Positions 59,201 through 64,000 of a DNA stretch of 64,000 nt are shown here, piece after piece. The stretch is taken from contig CM075994.1 in the NCBI GenBank assembly GCA_038087875.1, forward strand, positions 6,016,001 through 6,080,000, written 5' to 3'. The stretch's first letter is position 1, and each line of letters opens with the position of its first letter. Origin of the DNA: Malacoraja senta (lineage: Eukaryota). The translations under genes were made by a program, and so were the position numbers. The notes under the pieces are model-generated. The model ran no database searches. It was not told the origin of the DNA and worked only from the letters and a program-made list of their open reading frames with translations.

Positions 59201-61857
59201 GTGCGGAGTTTGCACGTTCTGCGCGTGGGATTTCTGCGGGTTCTCCAGTTTCCCACCGCACTCAAAACACGTGCAAAATTTAGGTTACTTGGATTTGGTT
59301 TAAAAAAATTTAATTGTCCCTTGTGTACAGGCCTGTTTCCACGTTGCGCTTCTAAACTAAACAAATCAATGCCGCTTGCATATGCTTTATCCCAATACAA
59401 AATTAATGCCACACTCATAGGTGGAGAATGGCTTGCAGATGGAATGGCGCTTACATTTATTTAGCATTTACGATCAAAGGGCGCTGTTTCTTTTCGAGCT
59501 GCATTTCTATTTTATTTATGGCATAACATTCTTGGGAGGGAAAATAACAGATAAGAAGGATTGGTGTTGACACTGAAAGTACTTATTTTATTACTGTACC
59601 AACGGGACTCACTGCGGCAATATGTACTGAAAGAAAACAACACTGTATATTCGTACATTCTCTCCTAAGAAGTAGTGGTACTTTCCGTGAGTTTCTCCAG
59701 CACTTTTGTCCACCAAAATTATTCTGCCTGGTCGATTAAACCTCCAAGACGCCTAACACGTTCTTGTTTTTATACTGTTTAGGAAAGAACTGCAGACGCT
59801 GGTTTAAATCGAATGTAGACACAAAATGCTGGAGTAACTCAGTGAGACAGGAAGCAACTCTGGAGAGAAGGAATGGGTGACGTTTCGTCTGATCAGTCTG
59901 AAGCAGGCTCTCGACCCGAAACGTCATCCATTCCTTCTCTCCAGAGATGCTCCCTGACCTACTGAGTTACTCCAGCATTTTGTGTCTACCTTGTTTTTAT
60001 ACTCCTCGCTGCCCTATATCTCCCAGGATTCTCTGCGTAAAGCAACAACTCCTCTTTGCTTTGGCTATGTTGGCATTAAAACGGAAAACAAGTTAGTGTC
60101 AGCAGATTATGACGATGTTTTTGTTTAAATCTATCCTATTCTATGGGGTGGAGAATGGGGTTAGGAGGCAGAGTTAGATCAGCCATGAATGAATGACGGA
60201 GTAGACTTGACGGGCCGAATGGTCTAATCCTGCTTCTGTAACATGACCTTATGACCTTCTTTCCGTTATTCTAGCTGAGAAGTTGCAGAAGAAAGAAGCT
60301 GGTAAGCTAGAATTAGATCGAGTCAAACTATTCTTCATCATTAGATTTTGGTAAACTTTTCTGCATGTTAAGCATTTTCAATATCCTTTTTCCAACAATA
60401 ATTATAACTTAATGATCAATAGAAATGCTGAAACATCTGGAAAACGATGGTGAGTAAATGTAACCAGTTCGTCATACTGAGAAAGAAAACAAATGTTAAA
60501 GTTCCTGTCAACATAATCTAGGTAAAGAGGAGGAATCGGGTTATGAAACTTTGCAGTTATTTTTAAAATGTACAAGATCTATTCAAAGGGCGCCTCACCA
60601 AGATTAATATTTACGGTCCATGGTTATTTCCCACCAGGTTTGTTTTTGACACTGAAGAATCAAGGTTACTCGAAAACCGTGATTTGAAAAGCAGCCCATG
60701 CAGTCGGACATGGTGTCCAGCACGCTCATTCAGCAGCAATCCCAACATTATAATTCAAGCCGCCGGCAAGGGAGGGGGGTGCCTTTGTTGACTGGCAGGC
60801 TACAACTGAGTCTGAAGAAGAATCCCCTGAAACGTGTCCCCAACTATGCATGCTTCCCATGGATGCCGCCTGACCATTGAGTTCCTCTGGTAGTGTGTAT
60901 CTTTCTATAAAGTGTCTTCATGTGTTCCGCTCTGTGCACAAGAAGGAAATACTGCTTAGCATGAAAGTCAATTTGACATATGACAGTCACGACAAAGGCA
61001 CGTCAAATTGTAAACCCGTTGGTTTCCCTGGGACTACTTGATTTATTTACAAGCGAACGTCAGAAGTCCTGGAATATCATAATTAACATAAGAGACAGTT
61101 CCTAACATTATAGTATGTTACTTTTTAACATTTCGCTTCATTTGATTACTAAAAACCGCAGGTTCATGATTATTGTGATTTGGCTAAACTTCGTGTAATT
61201 TTCTGTTGATCGTTTCAATTTTTATATCTTGTCACATAATATTCAGAAGCACGTTTTAAAGAATCAAAGTCTGGTTAGTACATTCCTCTTTTTTTACGCT
61301 CCCCCCACCAAATCCAGTAACACAATTTCGGATCTTGCAGTGAAGGACTCCTGATTCAAAATATTTATTTCGCTACTGTCTACTCCAGGGCAATTGTTTC
61401 GCAATTTAGCAAAGTAAATATTGCGTACATGCGCGCACACATACATATGTACTCGCACATTGAAGTAATTAAGGAGTGAAAACGTGCATTTAAATTATGA
61501 ATAGCAAGAGGGAAGTTTTTTTTAAGAAATCATTGCCATTGTCCCTCTTAGTTTTACTATATGTTGTCACTTGCACAGGGACATTTATTAAACTTCGTCT
61601 TGTAATGTTCTGGGAAACATTGCTGACGAATTTATTAACGGTCACTGGTAATGGTCTATCATGCTTTGTTACTTAAGGGGTGTGGGATTTCTCGTGTAAC
61701 AAAGTGAAAACTGAGAGATAATTGCAAAATACCTTTGATCTGCGCTGCTGATGGCGTCTATTTGATGCAACTGTGTTCAGACGACAGGGAGATCTGAGAC
61801 GAAATTACTTTTTAATTTCAGAATTAGAGAAATTTGTAGTAATTCGCACGGACGTCG
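315..61857 (+). CDS. Internal part of a multi-exon host gene built from ~29 phase-1 micro-exons encoding a coiled-coil-like E/K/L-rich region (5' end outside window)
   Basis: AG...GT-bounded segments of 27/36/15/54 nt, all multiples of 3 and phase 1-1. Joined translation has no stops: EILELKKHIKEA-EEKAICEPD-EEFLKKSDE-EILELKKLITEA-DKLLKQKDN-EILELKKLIKEA-EERAICKID-EKLLKEKEK-ELNEVSQKLKLK-VDQLEHIDK-DLKKHLHLD-EEKLRELKS-EHATLQTIRQDL-DFSQFCKKR-ELLLRTANK-ENEKLRRDV-GSAILKKLYGDTGDTGDT-DMYTT-ERNKLKAELEET-AEKLQKKEA-EMLKHLEKD-KTRFKESNS-ECEKLVVIRTDV-DLCTT-ETNKLKAELGEA-AEKLQKKEA-EMLKHLEND-EARFKESKS-ELEKFVVIRTDV. Confidence 0.85.
370..1160 (+). mobile_element. GC-rich non-autonomous retroposon (SINE-like) with an atgacaa...aataaa tail
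   Basis: Absent at the paralogous site (~11787); shares motifs such as tttgccttccatcacagtg with the minus-strand copy at 21343-22003. Confidence 0.7.
1661..1754 (+). mobile_element. CR1 LINE extreme 3' end
   Basis: gatcagccatgatcatattgaatggcggtgcaggctcgaagggccgaatggcc...(ttctatgt)n; absent from the paralog at ~12240. Confidence 0.8.
2337..2600 (+). mobile_element. tRNA-derived SINE (paralog 13086-13350)
   Basis: ggcacggtggcacagtggtagagttgctgcc head, central cggagtttgtac...ttcctccgg core, CR1-like 3' end. Confidence 0.75.
3364..3390 (+). CDS. 27-nt micro-exon EEKAICEPD
   Basis: tttgttttag|...cagatg|gtaagc; paralog at 14101. Confidence 0.85.
4714..4740 (+). CDS. 27-nt micro-exon EEFLKKSDE
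   Basis: tttttccgaacag|...gatgaag|gtgagc. Confidence 0.85.
6170..6960 (-). mobile_element. Highly degenerate CR1 RT/3' fragment (paralogs ~10900-11660 and 1-260)
   Basis: Minus ORF fragment ...DENIDGLVCRYADD. Confidence 0.6.
7016..7051 (+). CDS. 36-nt micro-exon EILELKKLITEA
   Basis: tttttctcttcag|...gaagcag|gtgaga. Confidence 0.85.
7500..8740 (+). repeat. Internal direct duplication within unit 2 (~7500-7955 vs ~8285-8740)
   Basis: Repeated cactggagtcttg...aaggctc(t/c)agtaaacatatttt...tttcattcggaaaaagag...gtacggga. Confidence 0.8.
9750..9955 (-). mobile_element. CR1 3' end fragment
   Basis: (atagaaac)n tail followed by ataggtgcaggaggccattcggcccttcgagcc. Confidence 0.8.
10064..10090 (+). 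CDS. 27-nt micro-exon DKLLKQKDN
   Basis: tttttgaaacag|...gacaatg|gtaagt. Confidence 0.85.
11733..11768 (+). CDS. 36-nt micro-exon EILELKKLIKEA
   Basis: ttttctgtacag|...gaagcag|gtgaga. Confidence 0.85.
12681..12958. repeat. Penelope-terminus-derived insertion containing four tandem 61-bp units, flanked by a 15-bp direct repeat
   Basis: (cacaaaaatgctggagaaactcagcgggtgcagcagcatctatggagcgaaggaaataggt)x4; gtttagtgtagtgtt at 12666-12680 and 12959-12973. Confidence 0.85.
14101..14127 (+). CDS. 27-nt micro-exon EERAICKID
   Basis: tttgttttag|...tagatg|gtaagc. Confidence 0.85.
14740..17803 (-). mobile_element. CR1 LINE, 5'-truncated, frameshifted ORF2 (APE endonuclease plus RT)
   Basis: YMNARSIRNK, GDFN, SDHN, KSPGPDG, YLDFQKAF, GVPQGSVLGP motifs; (acaatag)n tail. 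Confidence 0.95.
18341..18367 (+). CDS. 27-nt micro-exon EKLLKEKEK
   Basis: tttttccgaacag|...gaaaaag|gtgagt. Confidence 0.85.
19242..19277 (+). CDS. 36-nt micro-exon ELNEVSQKLKLK
   Basis: ttaattttcag|...ttgaaag|gtaagg. Confidence 0.8.
20503..20745 (+). mobile_element. tRNA-derived SINE
   Basis: cggcacagtagcgcaacagtagaattgctgcc head; gcctgtttccacgctctatttctaaa tail. Confidence 0.7.
21040..22030 (-). mobile_element. SINE interrupted by a nested GC-rich retroposon (21343-22003)
   Basis: (tttag)n tail and SINE body to ~21338, resuming at ~22010; the insert begins with a tttattgtcac tail. Confidence 0.7.
22170..22196 (+). CDS. 27-nt micro-exon VDQLEHIDK
   Basis: ttttcatttcacag|...gacaaag|gtaact. 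Confidence 0.8.
22354..22380 (+). CDS. 27-nt micro-exon DLKKHLHLD
   Basis: tctttcataacag|...ctcgatg|gtgagt; resembles EMLKHLEKD at 53883. Confidence 0.8.
22390..23050 (+). mobile_element. Degenerate CR1 fragments (ORF1 esterase-like region and RT 3' piece)
   Basis: ctgaggaactggtgcaggga...ttttggacat...ggacatggtgtcgtagacag resembles CR1 ORF1/ORF2 remnants. Confidence 0.45.
23140..23166 (+). CDS. 27-nt micro-exon EEKLRELKS
   Basis: tttgacattacag|...aaatcag|gtaaaa. Confidence 0.8.
23452..25168 (+). mobile_element. CR1 LINE, 5'-truncated, RT domain
   Basis: ORF 23940-24911 with YLDFQKAFDKVPH, GVPQGSVLGP, KFADDTKL; (tctatgta)n tail. Confidence 0.95.
25805..26225 (+). mobile_element. CR1 3' fragment
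   Basis: ctggaatttagaaggatgag...gagagttgtgaatctgtgg...gaatggcctattcctgcacc. Confidence 0.85.
26667..26702 (+). CDS. 36-nt micro-exon EHATLQTIRQDL
   Basis: tgttcgtag|...gaccttg|gtaaga; resembles ECEKLVVIRTDV at 55221. Confidence 0.8.
27563..27667. repeat. 36-bp minisatellite, ~3 copies
   Basis: gcactcagcgccacctctccactaagcggaaatgac. Confidence 0.9.
27809..27925. repeat. 19-bp minisatellite, 4 copies plus a degenerate copy
   Basis: tttggcaaggcaactttaa. Confidence 0.9.
28301..28366. repeat. (TA)n microsatellite
   Basis: Direct observation. Confidence 0.98.
28921..28947 (+). CDS. 27-nt micro-exon DFSQFCKKR (weak donor)
   Basis: ccttccaaag|...aaaagag|gtgtat; Cys at position 6 as in EEKAICEPD and EERAICKID. 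Confidence 0.55.
29090..29555 (+). mobile_element. Rex/Babar-like LINE 3' fragment
   Basis: gacccctctcac...cttccctctggaaggcgactccgc (LPSGRRLR); aataaa followed by an (attc)n tail. Confidence 0.65.
30035..30061 (+). CDS. 27-nt micro-exon ELLLRTANK
   Basis: Long pyrimidine tract, ...ctgtaag|...aataaag|gtgatg. Confidence 0.65.
30960..31225 (-). mobile_element. tRNA-derived SINE
   Basis: ggaaacaagccgttcggtccaccga...aggatcgaacccgggtctctgg. Confidence 0.7.
31552..31578 (+). CDS. 27-nt micro-exon ENEKLRRDV
   Basis: tttttcctgcattggacag|...gatgtcg|gtgagc. Confidence 0.8.
32553..34660 (-). mobile_element. CR1 LINE, degenerate ORF2
   Basis: ORFs with QHGFMKGKSCLTN, SGVPQG, LVRPHLE; (catggaaa)n tail. 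Confidence 0.9.
34720..34967 (-). mobile_element. tRNA-derived SINE
   Basis: caggctcttcggcccaccgagtcc...aggatcgaacccgggtc...ccgctgcgccacc. Confidence 0.75.
35026..35067 (+). CDS. Possible 42-nt phase-1 exon DYFALWNLDRMAFI (not counted in the 29)
   Basis: Strong acceptor tttgtttcatttgcag and donor a|gtaaat, frame-preserving; composition and size are atypical for the array. Confidence 0.25.
   Translation, partial: TISLYGTWIGWRS
35448..35501 (+). CDS. 54-nt exon GSAILKKLYGDTGDTGDT (36 nt plus two extra 9-nt repeats)
   Basis: ttttcccttgcacgtag|...gatactg|gtgagt; (GGCGATACT)x3. Confidence 0.75.
35560..36285 (-). mobile_element. Old degenerate CR1 3' fragment
   Basis: cccaccaccct...gaccaaaactaaacataacactccaagtg...ttgatgaaggccaac. 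Confidence 0.55.
36817..37704 (+). CDS. L1 ORF1p (coiled coil, RRM, CTD)
   Basis: DLEGRQRRQNLRIVGVKEG, RAHR, PRQIIVK, ISIYRDYP, LLYPATLRVT. Confidence 0.9.
   Translation: MSIKNIQTQLKTFEGKLNFKEELKEELNSFKVDFKAEMLSTVQDILEIWKRSRDDEVKDQMEEVEGRIALVESILKGEIDPILQTPKQHIIAITELEKCVATSAETVNRLLTENQRLSEMVAKLSGKCIDLEGRQRRQNLRIVGVKEGSERDMGTRDFVADLLQKSLKLDQKPVLGRAHRAQGRRTRDDAYPRQIIVKVQLDHEFDEIMKKIARTRDLSFEGVRISIYRDYPVEVFKKRALFTETKRILKNIANLRYGLLYPATLRVTYMSKEQFFTDLKKAVEFAKGIGNVTTD
38718..42532 (+). pseudogene. L1 ORF2p (APE endonuclease, RT, CCHC), disrupted
   Basis: SWNVKG, FLQETH, GGDFN, SDHAP, SLDAEKAFD, RQGCPLSP, YADD, CDKC; in-frame stops at ~40185, 41123, 41501, 42146 and a frameshift at ~40362. Confidence 0.93.
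43652..43666 (+). CDS. 15-nt micro-exon DMYTT
   Basis: ctttatttgtag|acatgtatacgactg|gtgagt; paralog at 56276 keeps both splice sites. Confidence 0.7.
44107..44272. repeat. (TCTA)n/(ATGT)n microsatellite
   Basis: Direct observation. Confidence 0.95.
44107..45140 (+). mobile_element. Non-autonomous Helitron-like element
   Basis: 5' TC start within (TCTA)n, 3' hairpin gggaccc-aac-gggtccc (45113-45129) then CTAG|T; no TSD; empty site ca|tg at ~56825. Confidence 0.75.
45781..48070 (-). mobile_element. Internally deleted CR1 split by an LTR element
   Basis: (acaatag)n tail at 45781; KFADDTKLGG ORF 47745-48137; sequence continuous across TSD tcatc. Confidence 0.85.
45865..47541 (-). mobile_element. 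Internally deleted Gypsy LTR retrotransposon (integrase only), ~180-bp LTRs, 5-bp TSD
   Basis: LTRs 45865-46047 and ~47361-47541; TSD tcatc at 45860-64 and 47542-46; PBS 47332-47360; PPT 46048-46058; integrase motifs CSTC, VVVDSYS, TRSGRVVKPPVRY. Confidence 0.93.
48282..48690 (+). mobile_element. CR1 3' fragment (paralog 57790-58330)
   Basis: ggtcacagtttaagaataaaggg...catcagccatgatcatattgaatggc. Confidence 0.8.
48850..49560 (+). mobile_element. Rex1/Babar LINE 3' fragment
   Basis: INGERVDRVSSCRFLGTHIS, LLPSGKRYRSIKSHTTRL; aatgacaataaa(tta)n tail; absent from unit 2. Confidence 0.85.
49906..49941 (+). CDS. 36-nt micro-exon ERNKLKAELEET
   Basis: cttcctttaaaaaaaag|...gaaacag|gtacgc; paralog at 59063. 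Confidence 0.7.
49975..50255 (+). mobile_element. tRNA-derived SINE (paralog 59131-59360)
   Basis: cacggtggcacagcggtagagttgctgccttacagcgccagaga head. Confidence 0.8.
50636..53216 (+). mobile_element. Degenerate Gypsy LTR retrotransposon (RNase H plus integrase, 3' LTR ~53008-53216) with nested Penelope-end and CR1-tail pieces
   Basis: TCDASQYGLGA, YAQIEKELL, ETDHQPL, SDNG, PQSNGPAER, TRAGRVCRPPLRYKDFV; aaggaaaga PPT then TG...CA; absent at paralog ~59735. Confidence 0.88.
53260..53452. mobile_element. Short palindromic Penelope-end-derived repeat (other copies ~2730, 3020, 8790, 13470, 13760, 25330, 26950, 55474, 58525, 59778, 63465)
   Basis: acacaaaatgctg...tctggagagaagga paired with tccttctc...ccagcattttgtgt inverted arms. 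Confidence 0.75.
53734..53760 (+). CDS. 27-nt micro-exon AEKLQKKEA
   Basis: tttccgtgttaccag|...gaagcag|gtaagc. Confidence 0.85.
53883..53909 (+). CDS. 27-nt micro-exon EMLKHLEKD
   Basis: tcattag|...aaagata|gtaagt. Confidence 0.8.
54708..54734 (+). CDS. 27-nt micro-exon KTRFKESNS
   Basis: taatattcag|...aattctg|gttagt. Confidence 0.8.
55221..55256 (+). CDS. 36-nt micro-exon ECEKLVVIRTDV
   Basis: tttttaatttcag|...gacgtcg|gtaagg. Confidence 0.85.
56276..56290 (+). CDS. 15-nt micro-exon DLCTT
   Basis: tttgtttgtag|acctatgtacgactg|gtgagt. Confidence 0.7.
56440..57380 (-). mobile_element. CR1 3' fragment
   Basis: ORFs 56571-57144 with LVRPHPEYCVQFWSP. Confidence 0.88.
59063..59098 (+). CDS. 36-nt micro-exon ETNKLKAELGEA
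   Basis: cttcctttaaaaaaaaag|...gaagcag|gtacgc. Confidence 0.7.
60275..60301 (+). CDS. 27-nt micro-exon AEKLQKKEA
   Basis: ttccgttattctag|...gaagctg|gtaagc. Confidence 0.85.
60423..60449 (+). CDS. 27-nt micro-exon EMLKHLEND
   Basis: tcaatag|...aacgatg|gtgagt. Confidence 0.8.
61247..61273 (+). CDS. 27-nt micro-exon EARFKESKS
   Basis: taatattcag|...aagtctg|gttagt. Confidence 0.8.
61822..61857 (+). CDS. 36-nt micro-exon ELEKFVVIRTDV
   Basis: tttttaatttcag|...gacgtcg|gtaagg. Confidence 0.85.
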
Positions 61858-62070
61858 GTAAGGAGTGAAACATGTTTACTTGGGATAATGCAAATGGAAT
61901 TTTAGTAATTGTGCAAAACGCAAAACGAAATAAAGGATTTCATGCTGCTCTCTAACGATGTGCTTTATTTAGGAATGCAAAAAATAGCTGAATACGTTTG
62001 TGTACTGGCTACGTAACCTCTGCAAATAACTACGCGTGAGAGTAACAGAGAAGCACTAATATAAATAATG

Positions 62071-62990
62071 TAGGTAGACAAAAATGCTGGAGAAACTCAG
62101 CGGGTGAGGCAGCATCTATGGAGCGAAGGAAATAGGCAACGTTGCGGGTCGAGACCCTTCTTCAGACTGATGTGAGGGTGGGGGCGGGAAGAAGAAAGGA
62201 AGGGGTTGAGACAGTGGGCCTGAGAGCTGAGAAGGGGAGGAGAAAGTGAGGGCTACCTGAAATTAGAGAAGTCAATGATCATACCGCTGGGTTGCAAACT
62301 GCCCAAGCGAAATATGAGGTGCTGCTCCTCCAATTTACGGTGGTCCTCACACTGGCCATGGAGGAGGCCCAGGACAGAAAGGTCGGATTCGGAATGGGAG
62401 GGGGGACTTGAAGAGCTGAGCCACCGGGAGATCAGGGTGGTTATTGCGATCCGAGCGGAGGTGCTAGGCGAAGCGATCGCCAAGCCTACGATTGGTCTCA
62501 CCGATGTACTGCTCTACATTGGTGAGACCAAGCGTCGGCTTGGCGATCGCTCCGCCCAGCACCTCCGCTCGGTTCGCAATAACTAACCTGATCTCCCGGT
62601 GGCTCAGCACTTCAACTCCCCCTTCCATTCCGAATCCGAGCTTTCTGTCCTGGGCCTCCTCCATGGCCAGAGTGAGGACCACCGTAAATTGGAGGAGCAG
62701 CACCTCATATTTCGCTTGGGCAGTTTACACCCCAGCGGTCTGAACATTGACTTCTCTAATTTCAGGGAGTCCTCACTTTCTCCTCCCCTTCTCAGCTCTC
62801 CCTCAGCCCACTGTCTCCACCCCTTCCTTTCTCCTTCCCGCCCTCCACCCTCACATCAGTCTGAAGAAGGGACTCGACCCGAAACGTTGCCTATTTCCTT
62901 CGCTCCATAGATGCTGCCTCACCCGCTGAGTTTCTCCAGCATTTTTGTCTACCTTCGATTTTACAGCATCTGCAGTTCCTTCTTAAACAT
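62071..62990. mobile_element. Penelope-like element: two inverted GIY-YIG endonuclease/3'-end arms
   Basis: LLYIGETKRRLGDR, AQHFNSP, RKLEEQHLIFRLGSL on both strands; axis near 62505. Confidence 0.9.
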
Positions 62991-63295
62991 CTTAAACATA
63001 AATAATGATGCACTTCAGAATGTTACGCTGTCGCGATAGAATCAAAAGCTTGTGATTTTTATTTTCAACTGTCTATGTGGAGACATGTATACAATCCTAC
63101 GAAGCTTCAGCCATTATTTCTGACCAGAGATGCTGCTTGTCCCGCTGAGTTACTCCAGCATTTTGTGCTTTTATCTCATGGTAGCTTGGCTGAAAATTAA
63201 AAAAGTCTCAGTGCGTTGTCTGGGAAACGATTCTTGTCCACGACCAGAGTAACTCTTTTATGTTTCTTTTCCTGCTCTTTCTCTCTACAATACAG

Positions 63296-63315
63296 GTGAC
63301 ACTAACAGAATGTAA
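63296..63315 (+). CDS. Candidate terminal coding exon (G)DTNRM-stop
   Basis: Long pyrimidine tract ending tacag|; phase-1 reading gt gac act aac aga atg taa; lies just beyond the duplicated block. Confidence 0.35.
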
Positions 63316-63614
63316 CTTTTATAACTGATCAATTCTGCTCTCCTCTCTGATGTTCTTGCTGTCTAAGCCGAAAGGTGTGACGCTTGAGCTAGTTTCTCTG
63401 CTGCAACGCTGCTTTAACTCTTCCTCTACGATGGGCACAGATAATTCACTGGTGATTCGGACGGATCTGCAGATGCTGGTTTACACGGGAAATATACACA
63501 CAATGCTGGATTAACTCAGCGGGGCAGGCAGCATCTCTGTAGAAAAGGAATGGGTGGCGTTTCAGATCGAGATCCTTCTTCAGAGTGAAGAAGGGTCTCG
63601 ACCCTGAAACGTCA

Positions 63615-63735
63615 CAATAGACAATAGACAATAAACAATAGACAATAGGTGCAGGAGTAGGCCATTCGGCCCTTGAGCCAGCACCGTCATTCAATCTGAT
63701 CATGGCTGATCATCCCCAATCAGTACCCTATTCCT
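63615..63735 (-). mobile_element. CR1 3' tail nested in a palindromic repeat
   Basis: (acaatag)n followed by gtgcaggagtaggccattcggccc. Confidence 0.8.
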
Positions 63736-64000
63736 TCATTCCAGAGATGCTGTCCGGTATGCTGAGTCATCCCAGCATTTAGTGTCCATCACAGATAGTT
63801 CAATTCTGCCCTTATGAAGTTTGTCTGAACGAAGACCCGACTTTGGGCAGTTCTGTACCCTTTAGCAGACGTGCTTTCTTCGAGGTGTGGAATGTGAGGG
63901 CTAATGTTGCGATTGGGGATGATCAACAAATCCTTTGGAGGGAAGAGTCAGGAGTTTCAAAAAACATGGTGTAAATGTCAATTCACTAGAGTTGGTACGC

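Larger units (their letters stand above)
43238..63257 (+). repeat. Tandem segmental duplication: ~43238-55878 and ~55899-63257
   Basis: Colinear similarity from 'gaggggtgactattt' to 'cagagt(t)aactcttt'; six paralogous exons per unit. Confidence 0.9.

Overview
Eukaryotic, repeat-rich vertebrate DNA. The mix of CR1, V-SINE-like, Penelope, L1, Rex/Babar and Gypsy elements suggests a cartilaginous fish such as a skate or ray; this is an inference. Nearly all long ORFs in the track are transposon remnants. The main hidden feature, invisible to the ORF track, is a + strand host gene made of about 29 symmetric phase-1 micro-exons (mostly 27 and 36 nt, plus 15 and 54 nt) spread from 315 to 61857. Each has an AG acceptor and GT donor, and together they splice into a stop-free, ~289-aa, E/K/L-rich coiled-coil-like sequence. 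The array grew by multi-kb tandem duplications (three units in 1-18.7 kb, two units in 43.2-63.3 kb), which later acquired copy-specific transposon insertions. The architecture resembles the heptad micro-exon cytoplasmic tails of butyrophilin/chicken BG genes, but the gene identity cannot be established from this window. Coordinates were read by eye; TE boundaries without TSDs are approximate.
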